IMG/VR virus record: IMGVR_UViG_3300008117_000011
Coordinates: 159,672 to 223,671 of that record
Strand: one strand, 5' to 3'
DNA length: 64,000 nt
This document shows positions 1 to 9,485 of this stretch, piece after piece (the stretch's first letter is position 1; every line of letters starts with the position of its first letter). A program made the position numbers and the translations under genes. Below the pieces are notes generated by a model that was given only the letters and a program-made list of their open reading frames with translations, was not told the DNA's origin and searched no databases.

Positions 1-3000
1 GTATATTCATTTGTCCCAAATAATCCAAAGTTTTGTTGTGTTTCACTATCCGAAAATACATCTCTTATGTATTGATCAGGATTTGGTTTAATTAATTTAC
101 TAACATCAAAATAACCATAATTTGGTGCTTGCCAGAATAATCTAACAGAACCATTATGAACCGCCGGATTATTAGGTACCGATAGTATTTTAGTATTTGT
201 TAATGAAAAGCACTCACTTGAAGTTTGATTGACATTGGACCCAAGCGAAGGCATCAAATAAATTGATTGATTATCTTGACTTAAAACATAACAATTCCAA
301 GGTGTTACGTTAATAGCTGTAGTTGGGTTTGTAATATCGTAACCAAATGGTGCATTTATCACTGTTGGTGGTGATATTAACATTTTAAAGTTGGTGTTAA
401 TTGCATTTTGTATATTTTGGTTTGAAAAAACCCCAACCTTTTTATTTGTAACAATAAAATTACCTGGTGTTTGACCTGTTAATATATTTGTTGTTTGACT
501 TGGTGATATTTTGTAAAAACCAGTTGACCCTGGTACACCGCTTATTTGTGAAACAATTTTTGTACCTAGGTCAAGAGAACTCCCTGAAAGTGTTTCACCT
601 GGTTCTAACGCAATAAAATTTACTGATAGAACTTCAAGGGTATCTCCACTCACATAATAAGTTCCGGTAATATCATTTAATTCTGAAAAAACTTTAGACC
701 CTTGGAAAAATGTGTTATAATCATTTATTAATTTCGGATAGAACCCGGTATTTATAATGTCTTTATAATTTGTTCCAATGGTGGCTGTTTCATCCAAAAA
801 TATATCGTAGTTTTGTCCATCAACATTTACTTGATATTGTGTTGTTGATGCCGAATAAAATGGATCATAGTTATATATGTAATCCGTGTCTTTCCAGACA
901 TCGGTTAATATATCAACACCATTTTCAATCCAGTTTTTATATCTATACCATATAGAACCATATTTTAAAACCCAAGCATATGGTAATTCGTGTACCGCAC
1001 CAAATTTTAGTAATGAAGGTAATATATACCCTTTAGTTGATACACTACCATCTGAATTATAAAGTTTATATTTATCTCTTAATGTTGCTAATGGTAGACT
1101 ATTCAAAAATAGATATGCGGCCGTTTTAAATGGTGACAAATCATTTTGATCATACGTTGCGTTTTTTACACCTAGTTGTATTGCATTTGAGAATATTGGT
1201 GTATTAAAAATTGATGTTGTTTGGTTTGGTGTTAGTCCACCATCATACCCTTCATATGTAACATTACCCTCCGTTGCAAACTGGTCTTTAATTTGTCTAG
1301 TTGTGTAAAATGTATTTAAGTTTGTTAAATTTAAAGTCTGATTAAAAACATCTTGTTTATAATTAAAGTTTGTAACAGGTGATAATGTTTTATTTTTTAT
1401 TAACTTTATTGATGTGTTATATTCAAGTGTGTCACTTGTTTTAAATGTATCACCCTCTGATTGTATTGCAACACCATTTACTAAATTATCTTTACACCAG
1501 GTTAAGTTTGTTAATGGATACAAATCAGTAAAATCAAATTCATCAACAATATTTTTTTCAAAATATGCAACACTTTCATCATTTTTTGTTAAACCAATAC
1601 TTGGGAGCGCGGCATTACTTTGGAGGATTGAACCTTTATATAAAAAGAATGGTACATTAACGTCATTTTTAATATATGATGTATTATACTCTTTTCTTAT
1701 AAAATTTTGGTAAGATGGTCCCTCACCTTGATTTGATATTTGTTTTAAGAATGTTTGATAGTTTTGCGCATTAATATCATACTCTTTTAATTTTTTAATT
1801 AAAAACGGATTATCATTTCCCAACGCTTTAACAATATCACTTGATTCAGATTCAGATACAAAAGAATTTATGTTATATTGCTTAACACTATTTCTATTCA
1901 TTTTTGTATAAAAAGAATTAAGTAACATTCTTTCGTAAATCTCATAAAAGAATTTAACTTCTTCAGTGTTTTGATACACATCATTACCTATTGTGAACTC
2001 AATGGCATTGAAGCTAAATCTATCTGGTTTATCTAAAAAGTTACCTGTGTCCCCAGCGCTAATGCTAGGACTCTCTCTTTCTGTAAACCCTCTTAGGAAC
2101 TCCTCAACAAACTGGACCTCTGGCCATATTTCTGGGAAATACGCATTTATCTTTGTTGCAATATCGCTATCACCAGGATATTTTAGAACATACTTTTCTT
2201 TCCCATCTTCCAATACTTCACCGATAACTTGGGGCCAAGGATATATTGGTGTATTAATTTCGTTATTTTTATTATCAACACTACTTGTATTTAAAACGGC
2301 TTTTCGTCTATTGGGATCATCTCTTAAATCCCAAGCTTTAGTGTGAACATCATCTAATAATCTTAAAAATGCTTCACCTTGTGCAAAAAACACAGCCATA
2401 ACATTTCTAATGGTTGGTTGAAATCCTAATCCATTAGTTTTATTTTCAAATTGCGCTTGTATTTCTTTTGTTAAACTTTCCTCAACTTCTTGTTTTTTTG
2501 TAACAAATTTTTCTTCAATGTTTTTTATAACATCCAAAAACGAGTTGACACCATCAAAAACAATTAATCCCTTATATTTTCCTAAACTTACTCCGTTTAT
2601 AATTTCATTTGCTATTTGATTTCTAAACTTTTCATATTCATTAGTTTGGAGTGGAACACCATTTCTTTTTTTATATGTTTTTTCAATATTGATATCATTA
2701 ATTGTTACTGGTTTGAAAAAAATGCCTGGTGTAATAGCTACTGGTATGTCTTTTCCTACAACCGGATTTGATGTAAGTTGTGTGTTATATTTGGTTATTT
2801 TTGATTCTAGATTTTGTAAAGCCTTTTCTTGGTTTTCACTATCGTTAATTAAGTCTTTTCTAAATTGATAAAATATAGTTTCATTTGTATTGTTTTGAAT
2901 AAACACAAGTTCTTGATCACAAAATTCTCTAGCCCAAGATGTTTGTAATTCGTAATAAACTTTTTTTGTATACTCGGCAATGGTGTCAGTGTAACTTTCA

Positions 3001-4010
3001 AGTTTATTTATTTTATCTAAATTTGTTTTTTTAAATTGTTCTTCAATATTTGTAATTAACTTTTCAAGTCTTGTTTTTAATTCAAGAATTGTTATTTCAG
3101 GAAAATCATCAGCAATTAAACCTTTTGATTTATATTCCGAATAAATTTCTTTCATTTTTTGTAGGCCACCACTACTATGTGTCTGTTCTACAGTTGTTTT
3201 AGTATTTGCTGGATTATCAGAATTTATAATTTGTTTATCAACTTTAACTCTATACATTGATGGAACAGCCATCATTTGTGCCCAAGTGATATCGGCCATA
3301 AGTGTATATTTGTAAGTATAAAACTCACACCTTACTCTAAAATTATGTGTTGATGGGTCAAATGAAGCATTAAATGATTGTAACATTAATGGAATTCTAA
3401 TTGCTTTTCCAAGATATCCTTTAAGTGTTAAATAAAATAATGGATAAGGTAAATTAAAAAAGGCGGCATATGGGGAGTTGTTCCCAGCTTCAAATAAAGC
3501 TCTACCTTTAACATCCTCAAGGGTAATTTCAATTACTGGTAAAAAATCAGTACCTATATTTACATTAATATCAACAATACCAAGTAATCCATTATCTACA
3601 GCTCCTGGGTCGCCATTTGATTTTATTATCTGACTATAGTAATAATCATCAGATAAATCTGGATTTTTTGTAATATTAATTGCTGGTTGATTTACACCTT
3701 TACCTTGTAGTGTGTCCTTACCAGTTATTTCATCACTCCAGGCATTGTCTAAAAATTCTCTAAATCCAGGATTTAAAAAATTAATTTTACCTACAGACAC
3801 TGTTCTTATGGCTTCGGTTTGTGGGACACCAACCGCTAATTTTGTTCTTGGTAAAACAGAACATTCAAGATTTGCATACATAACAAGATTTTCTTGTTGT
3901 ATAAGTCTATCTTGTACATTACCATCTAAATCAACAATTTTGTTTGGGTCTATTAGTGATATATTTTGGTAATCAAATTCAACTAATATATTTTCTGAAT
4001 TATCTACCAT
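1..4010 (-). CDS. Large virion/baseplate hub-like protein, >1336 aa, runs off the left edge (not in ORF track)
   Basis: ATG at 4010-4008 reads MVDNSENILVEFDYQNISLIDPNKIVD; the same frame is open where spot-checked and at the edge (VFSDSETQQNFGLFGTNEY); overlaps the stop of 4000..4323; lies downstream of baseplate genes. Confidence 0.75.
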   Translation of the reverse strand, partial: MVDNSENILVEFDYQNISLIDPNKIVDLDGNVQDRLIQQENLVMYANLECSVLPRTKLAVGVPQTEAIRTVSVGKINFLNPGFREFLDNAWSDEITGKDTLQGKGVNQPAINITKNPDLSDDYYYSQIIKSNGDPGAVDNGLLGIVDINVNIGTDFLPVIEITLEDVKGRALFEAGNNSPYAAFFNLPYPLFYLTLKGYLGKAIRIPLMLQSFNASFDPSTHNFRVRCEFYTYKYTLMADITWAQMMAVPSMYRVKVDKQIINSDNPANTKTTVEQTHSSGGLQKMKEIYSEYKSKGLIADDFPEITILELKTRLEKLITNIEEQFKKTNLDKINKLESYTDTIAEYTKKVYYELQTSWAREFCDQELVFIQNNTNETIFYQFRKDLINDSENQEKALQNLESKITKYNTQLTSNPVVGKDIPVAITPGIFFKPVTINDINIEKTYKKRNGVPLQTNEYEKFRNQIANEIINGVSLGKYKGLIVFDGVNSFLDVIKNIEEKFVTKKQEVEESLTKEIQAQFENKTNGLGFQPTIRNVMAVFFAQGEAFLRLLDDVHTKAWDLRDDPNRRKAVLNTSSVDNKNNEINTPIYPWPQVIGEVLEDGKEKYVLKYPGDSDIATKINAYFPEIWPEVQFVEEFLRGFTERESPSISAGDTGNFLDKPDRFSFNAIEFTIGNDVYQNTEEVKFFYEIYERMLLNSFYTKMNRNSVKQYNINSFVSESESSDIVKALGNDNPFLIKKLKEYDINAQNYQTFLKQISNQGEGPSYQNFIRKEYNTSYIKNDVNVPFFLYKGSILQSNAALPSIGLTKNDESVAYFEKNIVDEFDFTDLYPLTNLTWCKDNLVNGVAIQSEGDTFKTSDTLEYNTSIKLIKNKTLSPVTNFNYKQDVFNQTLNLTNLNTFYTTRQIKDQFATEGNVTYEGYDGGLTPNQTTSIFNTPIFSNAIQLGVKNATYDQNDLSPFKTAAYLFLNSLPLATLRDKYKLYNSDGSVSTKGYILPSLLKFGAVHELPYAWVLKYGSIWYRYKNWIENGVDILTDVWKDTDYIYNYDPFYSASTTQYQVNVDGQNYDIFLDETATIGTNYKDIINTGFYPKLINDYNTFFQGSKVFSELNDITGTYYVSGDTLEVLSVNFIALEPGETLSGSSLDLGTKIVSQISGVPGSTGFYKISPSQTTNILTGQTPGNFIVTNKKVGVFSNQNIQNAINTNFKMLISPPTVINAPFGYDITNPTTAINVTPWNCYVLSQDNQSIYLMPSLGSNVNQTSSECFSLTNTKILSVPNNPAVHNGSVRLFWQAPNYGYFDVSKLIKPNPDQYIRDVFSDSETQQNFGLFGTNEY

Positions 4011-4323
4011 AATATAAGAAATAATTATCTACTTGTAATTTATAATCTTGTAAAGACGTGACTAATGGAAATGGTATTGTAAGGACCGCTCCGTCAGGAA
4101 TGTTAGATTCAAATCCGGTATATCCAGGATTTGCAACCATAATTAACCAACCAAAAAATGGACTATCATAATATTGTTGTGATATTTTATCAAGTCTTGA
4201 TTTACCCATAATATAGATATACTTCTTATCAGTTGGTTTACTTGGTAAGTCAACGTACGGAACAGTTGTTTGTACTCCGTTAAACAAAAATTGATTATAT
4301 CTATTATAATATTGCAATGCCAT
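4000..4323 (-). CDS. Baseplate wedge protein, LysM/gpX/gp53-like
   Basis: RLDKISQQYY..WLIMVANP..IPDGAVLTIP is a LysM-like tail protein X pattern; position in the tail module. Confidence 0.75.
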   Translation of the reverse strand: MALQYYNRYNQFLFNGVQTTVPYVDLPSKPTDKKYIYIMGKSRLDKISQQYYDSPFFGWLIMVANPGYTGFESNIPDGAVLTIPFPLVTSLQDYKLQVDNYFLYYGR

Positions 4324-4325
4324 AA

Positions 4326-7300
4326 TTAATCAAATGCCACTTTACCGTTGAAGGTGTTTTTCTTTTTATTTGTATTCAAATCACTATACGCTTCTTTGAG
4401 TAATTTTTGATTGTCCTTTGTATTGTCGTTTACCTCTGTTGAGTACTCAAGTTCACTTTCTGGTTTGTCAATTTTAAAATTAACAAATTTTTGATATTCA
4501 GGACTTGTTTCAAAATCGGTAAATACCTTTTTCTCAGCATCAAATTCTTTTATATGTTCTGTTTTAACACTTGCACAAGTTTCTTTTATTGTATTTTCCA
4601 TTGTTGTGTTAAGTTTTACTCTTTCAGTAATAATACTTTCTACAAATGTATTATACTTACTATCATCAGTAAAGATATTTGACATAACAAAGTAAAATCT
4701 AAGATCCGCATCATCTAACAATATACCATTAACTAATGGTACAAATGTAAAATTACTATCATCTACAAAACTATTATTTAGTATTTTTTTATCATTTATG
4801 GTTTTGAAATAATCATTTAAATTTGTTACAATTTTATCTGGATAAATTTTTTGTAACTCTTGTTGTTTTGATTGATTTAGAACATTATCTAAATTATAAA
4901 CTTTATATTTACCTGTCTCTAATTTATAACCATCAATTACGTTTCCAATAACAAGATCCAAATCTTTAAATATTTGAACATAATTTTGCTGATAGTTTGT
5001 AAGTTCATTAATAAAACCTACGGTATCGTCAAGTATTTTATTTTCTTGTTCTGAGACAAGTTCAATTAGTTTATTTTTGTATTCTCTTTTTGTTTGTTTA
5101 GAATATTCATCAGTTGCAATAGGTCTAACTAATGGACAATTATCATCTTCAATATCTTTTATAGTTTGTTTAATTAAACTAGTTACTAAATCTTCATATT
5201 GAATCATCTTACCTAGAATTTCAACTTCTATTGGTGGTATTGCCTGTTCATTTTCTTTTTCCGGTAAATTACCTTTACTATAATTCCTAGTTTTAGAAAG
5301 TATTTGTAGTGTTGGGTAATTTCTAACTTCGTTTATTGATTTAAGTTGGTTAAATATTGTTGTAAAATACGTATTTGTTGATGTTGATAGATTTTCAAAT
5401 AATTTAGTATATTCAATATTACCAGTTTGGTATGCACCATCGTCAAAGTTGCTAGTTGATAGTATGGTACCAATAGTACTTCCACCCTTTTCTGGGATTA
5501 AATTTTGTATATCACCATTGTTAACCCCTAATCCCGGATTGTTATTTAATATTTTTTGAACTAAAGCTTCGTCTTTATCTTTTGTACTTTCTGTTGGGAT
5601 TGACCTTTCATCATATATTTCTGTATTTGCATAGAAATTAAATGAAAGTGCGTTTTGTAGTTGTTGGACCGGATTCGCAAGACCCTGTCCACCAATAAAG
5701 TCAAAACCTAATGAAATTTTTGCAATCATAGGTTGTACACCAATTCCTTCAGGATTTATGTCATATAAAAGTGGTTCATATGATATTTGTAAATCATTTG
5801 GTATTATCTTTGAGTGGAAGAAGTCACCAATTCTTAGAACTAGCACTGGTGGTGCCCCAAAAGATGTATTTCTAGCATCATTATATTTTGGTTTACCATC
5901 CGGACCAATTACTGGAATTGTTTGTCCAGGTCTTACACATTGTTGTAAGAATGTAAGTCTAGCGTTTAATCCTTCTGGTGTCATTGAATGGAAGGCCGGA
6001 TTAAAGAATTTTATTTTATCTTTAAAGCTTGAGTATACCATTGGGTTTGTTTCTTTGATTACCTCAAAATAATCACATTCAGAAAATAATGTTCTTAATA
6101 CTTGTTTAGAAATACCATCTTTAATTTTTTTATCAATAGTTGGTTTTGGTGTTGGTGTTGGTTTTGGTGCTTCAATATTTTCTTTACCACAAGCATTACG
6201 ACAATTTGTTTCACCAGTAAATTGTGCTGGATCATTTGGTGATGTAACTTCAATACAATTACCATCAACACAATTAAATCTTCTATTGTCAACCGGAACT
6301 ATAGGATTTACAACTGGTACTTCTACAACTTCAATATCTACTGGTGGCGGTGTAAAACTATCAATATTAATTTTAGTTATTGCGACTCTGCGACAAGCCA
6401 TCGCTGGTACACTATACCATTGTGATAAAGATGTTACTTTATTTGTACTAGCATCTTGTATGTCCGCGGTACAAACAACATTTGTAATACTAGGGTCACC
6501 ACTTGTATTAGGTATTACAGTTTCTTCACCTAACGAACTAAAAGAAAATTTTACTTGTCCTCCTTCAATCCACTCACTTATTTTTTTATCACCAACAGTT
6601 TGATCTTTAAACCAATTTTCAACAACACTATTTCTTCTTTGTGATAATTTTTTATTATAAGCTTCTTTTGCTGGCGCCGATGCGGAGCCAGTTAGTTCTA
6701 TTGTAACTTTTCCTTGATAATCAACAAGTAGTTCTTTTAGTTTAGGTAGGAATTCAGTTTTTATTGCGTTAAAATTTCCTTCAACAACTTTATTGAAAAA
6801 TGGTGCAACACCACTAGAGGTGTACTCTTTCCCAGCGCTGATTACTTTTGCCGGTGCTTTTGACACGTAATCTGTTGATTTTTTACCTATATATTGATCA
6901 TACCAAAATTGGAAGGATGAATTTAAATTTGTTTCAAAACTTGTTTGTCCAATTGGGTAGTCATTGTCAAAGTAAAAACCATAACCAATGAATTTGTTTA
7001 AATCGTTACCAAATGTATCTTGTGTCACATCACTAACTTTAGATGTGAATGTTTCTGTTGTTTGATTATCACCCTTTTTACTACCATCAGATGTACTATT
7101 TGATCCATTCGTTCCTTGTCCACCGGTATTACCAACAATTTCTTGATTTACCAACTTAATTTCTTCATCGGTTGCACCCGGATTTTGTAATATTTGTTGA
7201 TAAGTATATAATTTGTCGGTAGGTATTGTATTAAACTTAGCTGCTAGTTCATATAAATCATATTTTACGCAACCAGCAAAAAATGAATCCATTATTGAGT

Positions 7301-9437
7301 CAATTCTTTCTGGTGGAACGTTTGCTAGTTGTTTTTCAATAATTGTGTTCATCGCTGATGGGTGGTCAACAATAATTTTCCAACTTATACTTCCACCTCT
7401 TGTTGTTTCTTTGTATGTATATATTGGTTCTGGTCTACCTAAAAATGATGTTGGGTTCCAAGTGGCTCTTGAGGATTCACTAAAACTTAAATCATAAGGT
7501 GGGAACCACATAGTTCTACCTCCGTTTGGTCCTTTTTCACAAGTCGGTAAATCTTGATATGTAAACCCTGGTCTGTCTGATGTTCTCCAAGCTAAGTTTT
7601 CAAGTGAGAACATATATTTCTTTACCTTACCATCAACAATGTTTGTTGATCCTGGATTTCTTAATGGTGCAATATTTAAATTAAATGTATTATCAAGAAC
7701 TGAATTATTAAATCTTCTTCCAGCTGTTGTAATACCATCAGTTTTTTGTAAATCAGCATATGTTAGATATGGTGTATCTTTTTGAAATACTCTACAATAT
7801 TCAATTCCAGCTTCAGCTCCAGATGTGTTATCGGTATATGAAACAACCCTTGACCCTTTTGTCATTTCTTTATACCCATCATTGAAAACTTTTGATACTT
7901 GATTAATTGCGTTTCCAACGTGTTGTAATCTTCTAATACCAGTTACACTATCAGCAGAGTCTACAAGTCGTTGAGTATTATCAAGTATTGACCCTTGTTT
8001 AAACTCAAATCCGGTAGATTCGGTATCATCATTAAATTCATTTTTAACTTCAAAAAATTCTTCGTCCTGACTTGTTGGGTCTCCGCCAGGTTTTACTTTA
8101 AAGCCTAAGTTATCTTTATATTTTGGTGATACCCAAGTAAATTGTCCTGTAATACCCCCTTGGTCAGAATATGATTTACCAGCAAGACCAAATTTTATTT
8201 TTGCGTCATTACCTTCATATAGTTTTCCAAGTTCAGACGGTCCGTAAACTGGTGATGGTTGTTGTTTACCATAAGCGTCAACCGGAATTTCATTATCTGG
8301 TGAATCAACTCTTGATGGGTCAGTTTTTTCGTCTCCAACATAAAATCCACCACCTTGTGTTGTATTGTTACCTAATAAGTTATTAATGGCTGTTGTAGCA
8401 CCCAAAAGTAATCCTTTGTTATAACTTGGTCTATATTTGTTATAATCTAAACTTTTAAATAAAACAGATTTTTGTCCGTACCCAGTGTTTGATAAAAATA
8501 ATTCTGACGGATTTCTATATTTGTTTAATATTGGGCCAAGTAGTCCACCAGTTAAATTATTAACAACATTTAATGCATTTTCTGTTTGTGGTGAAAGAAC
8601 TTGATTTGTTTCATCAAAGTAATCACCAGGAATAAAAGATACTGGAAAATAAGTTCCAGTTATTCTATTTAAAAGATTTACACCAGCAAGTAATGGGTTT
8701 TCTGGTACAGTAATTTTCCAGTTCTTACCAATAAGTGGTTGTTGTCCCGTTGCAACAAGACTTGCCTCAAATGGGTCTTGTAGTGAATCTAAATTTACAA
8801 CACTATTTAAAATTTGTTGCTCTTCATATGCAATTCTTTCTTCAAAAGCAAATTTTAAAGAATCAGCACCTATTTTTGCAAGAAATGAATCTTGTGATAA
8901 AGGCCCATCTGATCCTTGTGGTGTATTTGATGTAATAATTTCAAATGGCGTGTATTGTGAAGGAATAAATACAAGCGGATTTAAATCATAATATGGTAAA
9001 AAATATTGGTATCCAGGGGTTACGTCAGTTACAATTACCAAATCTTTGTAACCAGCTTCTGGTCCAAATGCATTTTTTACATATGCCGCATCAATATAGA
9101 ATTCATTTATAAGTTCTAAATCACTATCTTCATATCCATATTCTCCTTGGTTTGACTCAACTGGAAGTGGTGGATTATTTGTGTTTACAATTACACTATA
9201 ACCACCTTCTGGACCATACTCATTTAACGGATAAAGTTCATTTGCTTGAACTGCTGTTCCTACTAAGTCATTTGGTGAATCAATTACTGAATTATCAGAA
9301 AGTGGCGTTGCTTCATATACAACATCACCTGCTGGTGCTGTATAAGCTCCGGGAACATTATATGGTGCCAGGTTTCTGGCAATAAGAGTGTTCCTAAACG
9401 ATGAGGATGATGCAAATGATAATGAGCTTTCTGACAT
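4326..9437 (-). CDS. 1703 aa baseplate/tube-initiator-like protein with an internal OmpA-like peptidoglycan-binding domain
   Basis: Between tape measure and LysM genes; FLGRPEPIYTY and PPVLVLRIGDFF segments resemble tube-initiator proteins; GSAS..YNKKLSQRRNSV..RRVAI matches the OmpA C-terminal signature. Confidence 0.65.
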   Translation of the reverse strand: MSESSLSFASSSSFRNTLIARNLAPYNVPGAYTAPAGDVVYEATPLSDNSVIDSPNDLVGTAVQANELYPLNEYGPEGGYSVIVNTNNPPLPVESNQGEYGYEDSDLELINEFYIDAAYVKNAFGPEAGYKDLVIVTDVTPGYQYFLPYYDLNPLVFIPSQYTPFEIITSNTPQGSDGPLSQDSFLAKIGADSLKFAFEERIAYEEQQILNSVVNLDSLQDPFEASLVATGQQPLIGKNWKITVPENPLLAGVNLLNRITGTYFPVSFIPGDYFDETNQVLSPQTENALNVVNNLTGGLLGPILNKYRNPSELFLSNTGYGQKSVLFKSLDYNKYRPSYNKGLLLGATTAINNLLGNNTTQGGGFYVGDEKTDPSRVDSPDNEIPVDAYGKQQPSPVYGPSELGKLYEGNDAKIKFGLAGKSYSDQGGITGQFTWVSPKYKDNLGFKVKPGGDPTSQDEEFFEVKNEFNDDTESTGFEFKQGSILDNTQRLVDSADSVTGIRRLQHVGNAINQVSKVFNDGYKEMTKGSRVVSYTDNTSGAEAGIEYCRVFQKDTPYLTYADLQKTDGITTAGRRFNNSVLDNTFNLNIAPLRNPGSTNIVDGKVKKYMFSLENLAWRTSDRPGFTYQDLPTCEKGPNGGRTMWFPPYDLSFSESSRATWNPTSFLGRPEPIYTYKETTRGGSISWKIIVDHPSAMNTIIEKQLANVPPERIDSIMDSFFAGCVKYDLYELAAKFNTIPTDKLYTYQQILQNPGATDEEIKLVNQEIVGNTGGQGTNGSNSTSDGSKKGDNQTTETFTSKVSDVTQDTFGNDLNKFIGYGFYFDNDYPIGQTSFETNLNSSFQFWYDQYIGKKSTDYVSKAPAKVISAGKEYTSSGVAPFFNKVVEGNFNAIKTEFLPKLKELLVDYQGKVTIELTGSASAPAKEAYNKKLSQRRNSVVENWFKDQTVGDKKISEWIEGGQVKFSFSSLGEETVIPNTSGDPSITNVVCTADIQDASTNKVTSLSQWYSVPAMACRRVAITKINIDSFTPPPVDIEVVEVPVVNPIVPVDNRRFNCVDGNCIEVTSPNDPAQFTGETNCRNACGKENIEAPKPTPTPKPTIDKKIKDGISKQVLRTLFSECDYFEVIKETNPMVYSSFKDKIKFFNPAFHSMTPEGLNARLTFLQQCVRPGQTIPVIGPDGKPKYNDARNTSFGAPPVLVLRIGDFFHSKIIPNDLQISYEPLLYDINPEGIGVQPMIAKISLGFDFIGGQGLANPVQQLQNALSFNFYANTEIYDERSIPTESTKDKDEALVQKILNNNPGLGVNNGDIQNLIPEKGGSTIGTILSTSNFDDGAYQTGNIEYTKLFENLSTSTNTYFTTIFNQLKSINEVRNYPTLQILSKTRNYSKGNLPEKENEQAIPPIEVEILGKMIQYEDLVTSLIKQTIKDIEDDNCPLVRPIATDEYSKQTKREYKNKLIELVSEQENKILDDTVGFINELTNYQQNYVQIFKDLDLVIGNVIDGYKLETGKYKVYNLDNVLNQSKQQELQKIYPDKIVTNLNDYFKTINDKKILNNSFVDDSNFTFVPLVNGILLDDADLRFYFVMSNIFTDDSKYNTFVESIITERVKLNTTMENTIKETCASVKTEHIKEFDAEKKVFTDFETSPEYQKFVNFKIDKPESELEYSTEVNDNTKDNQKLLKEAYSDLNTNKKKNTFNGKVAFD

Positions 9438-9485
9438 TTATTTCATTTTAATATAAATAGATTGTTGTTACTTTTTATAAAAATA

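Noticed and set aside
770-9385. Many short plus-strand ORFs in the track, and similar short ORFs elsewhere
   Set aside because: They lie antisense to or out of frame within long genes that have recognisable motifs
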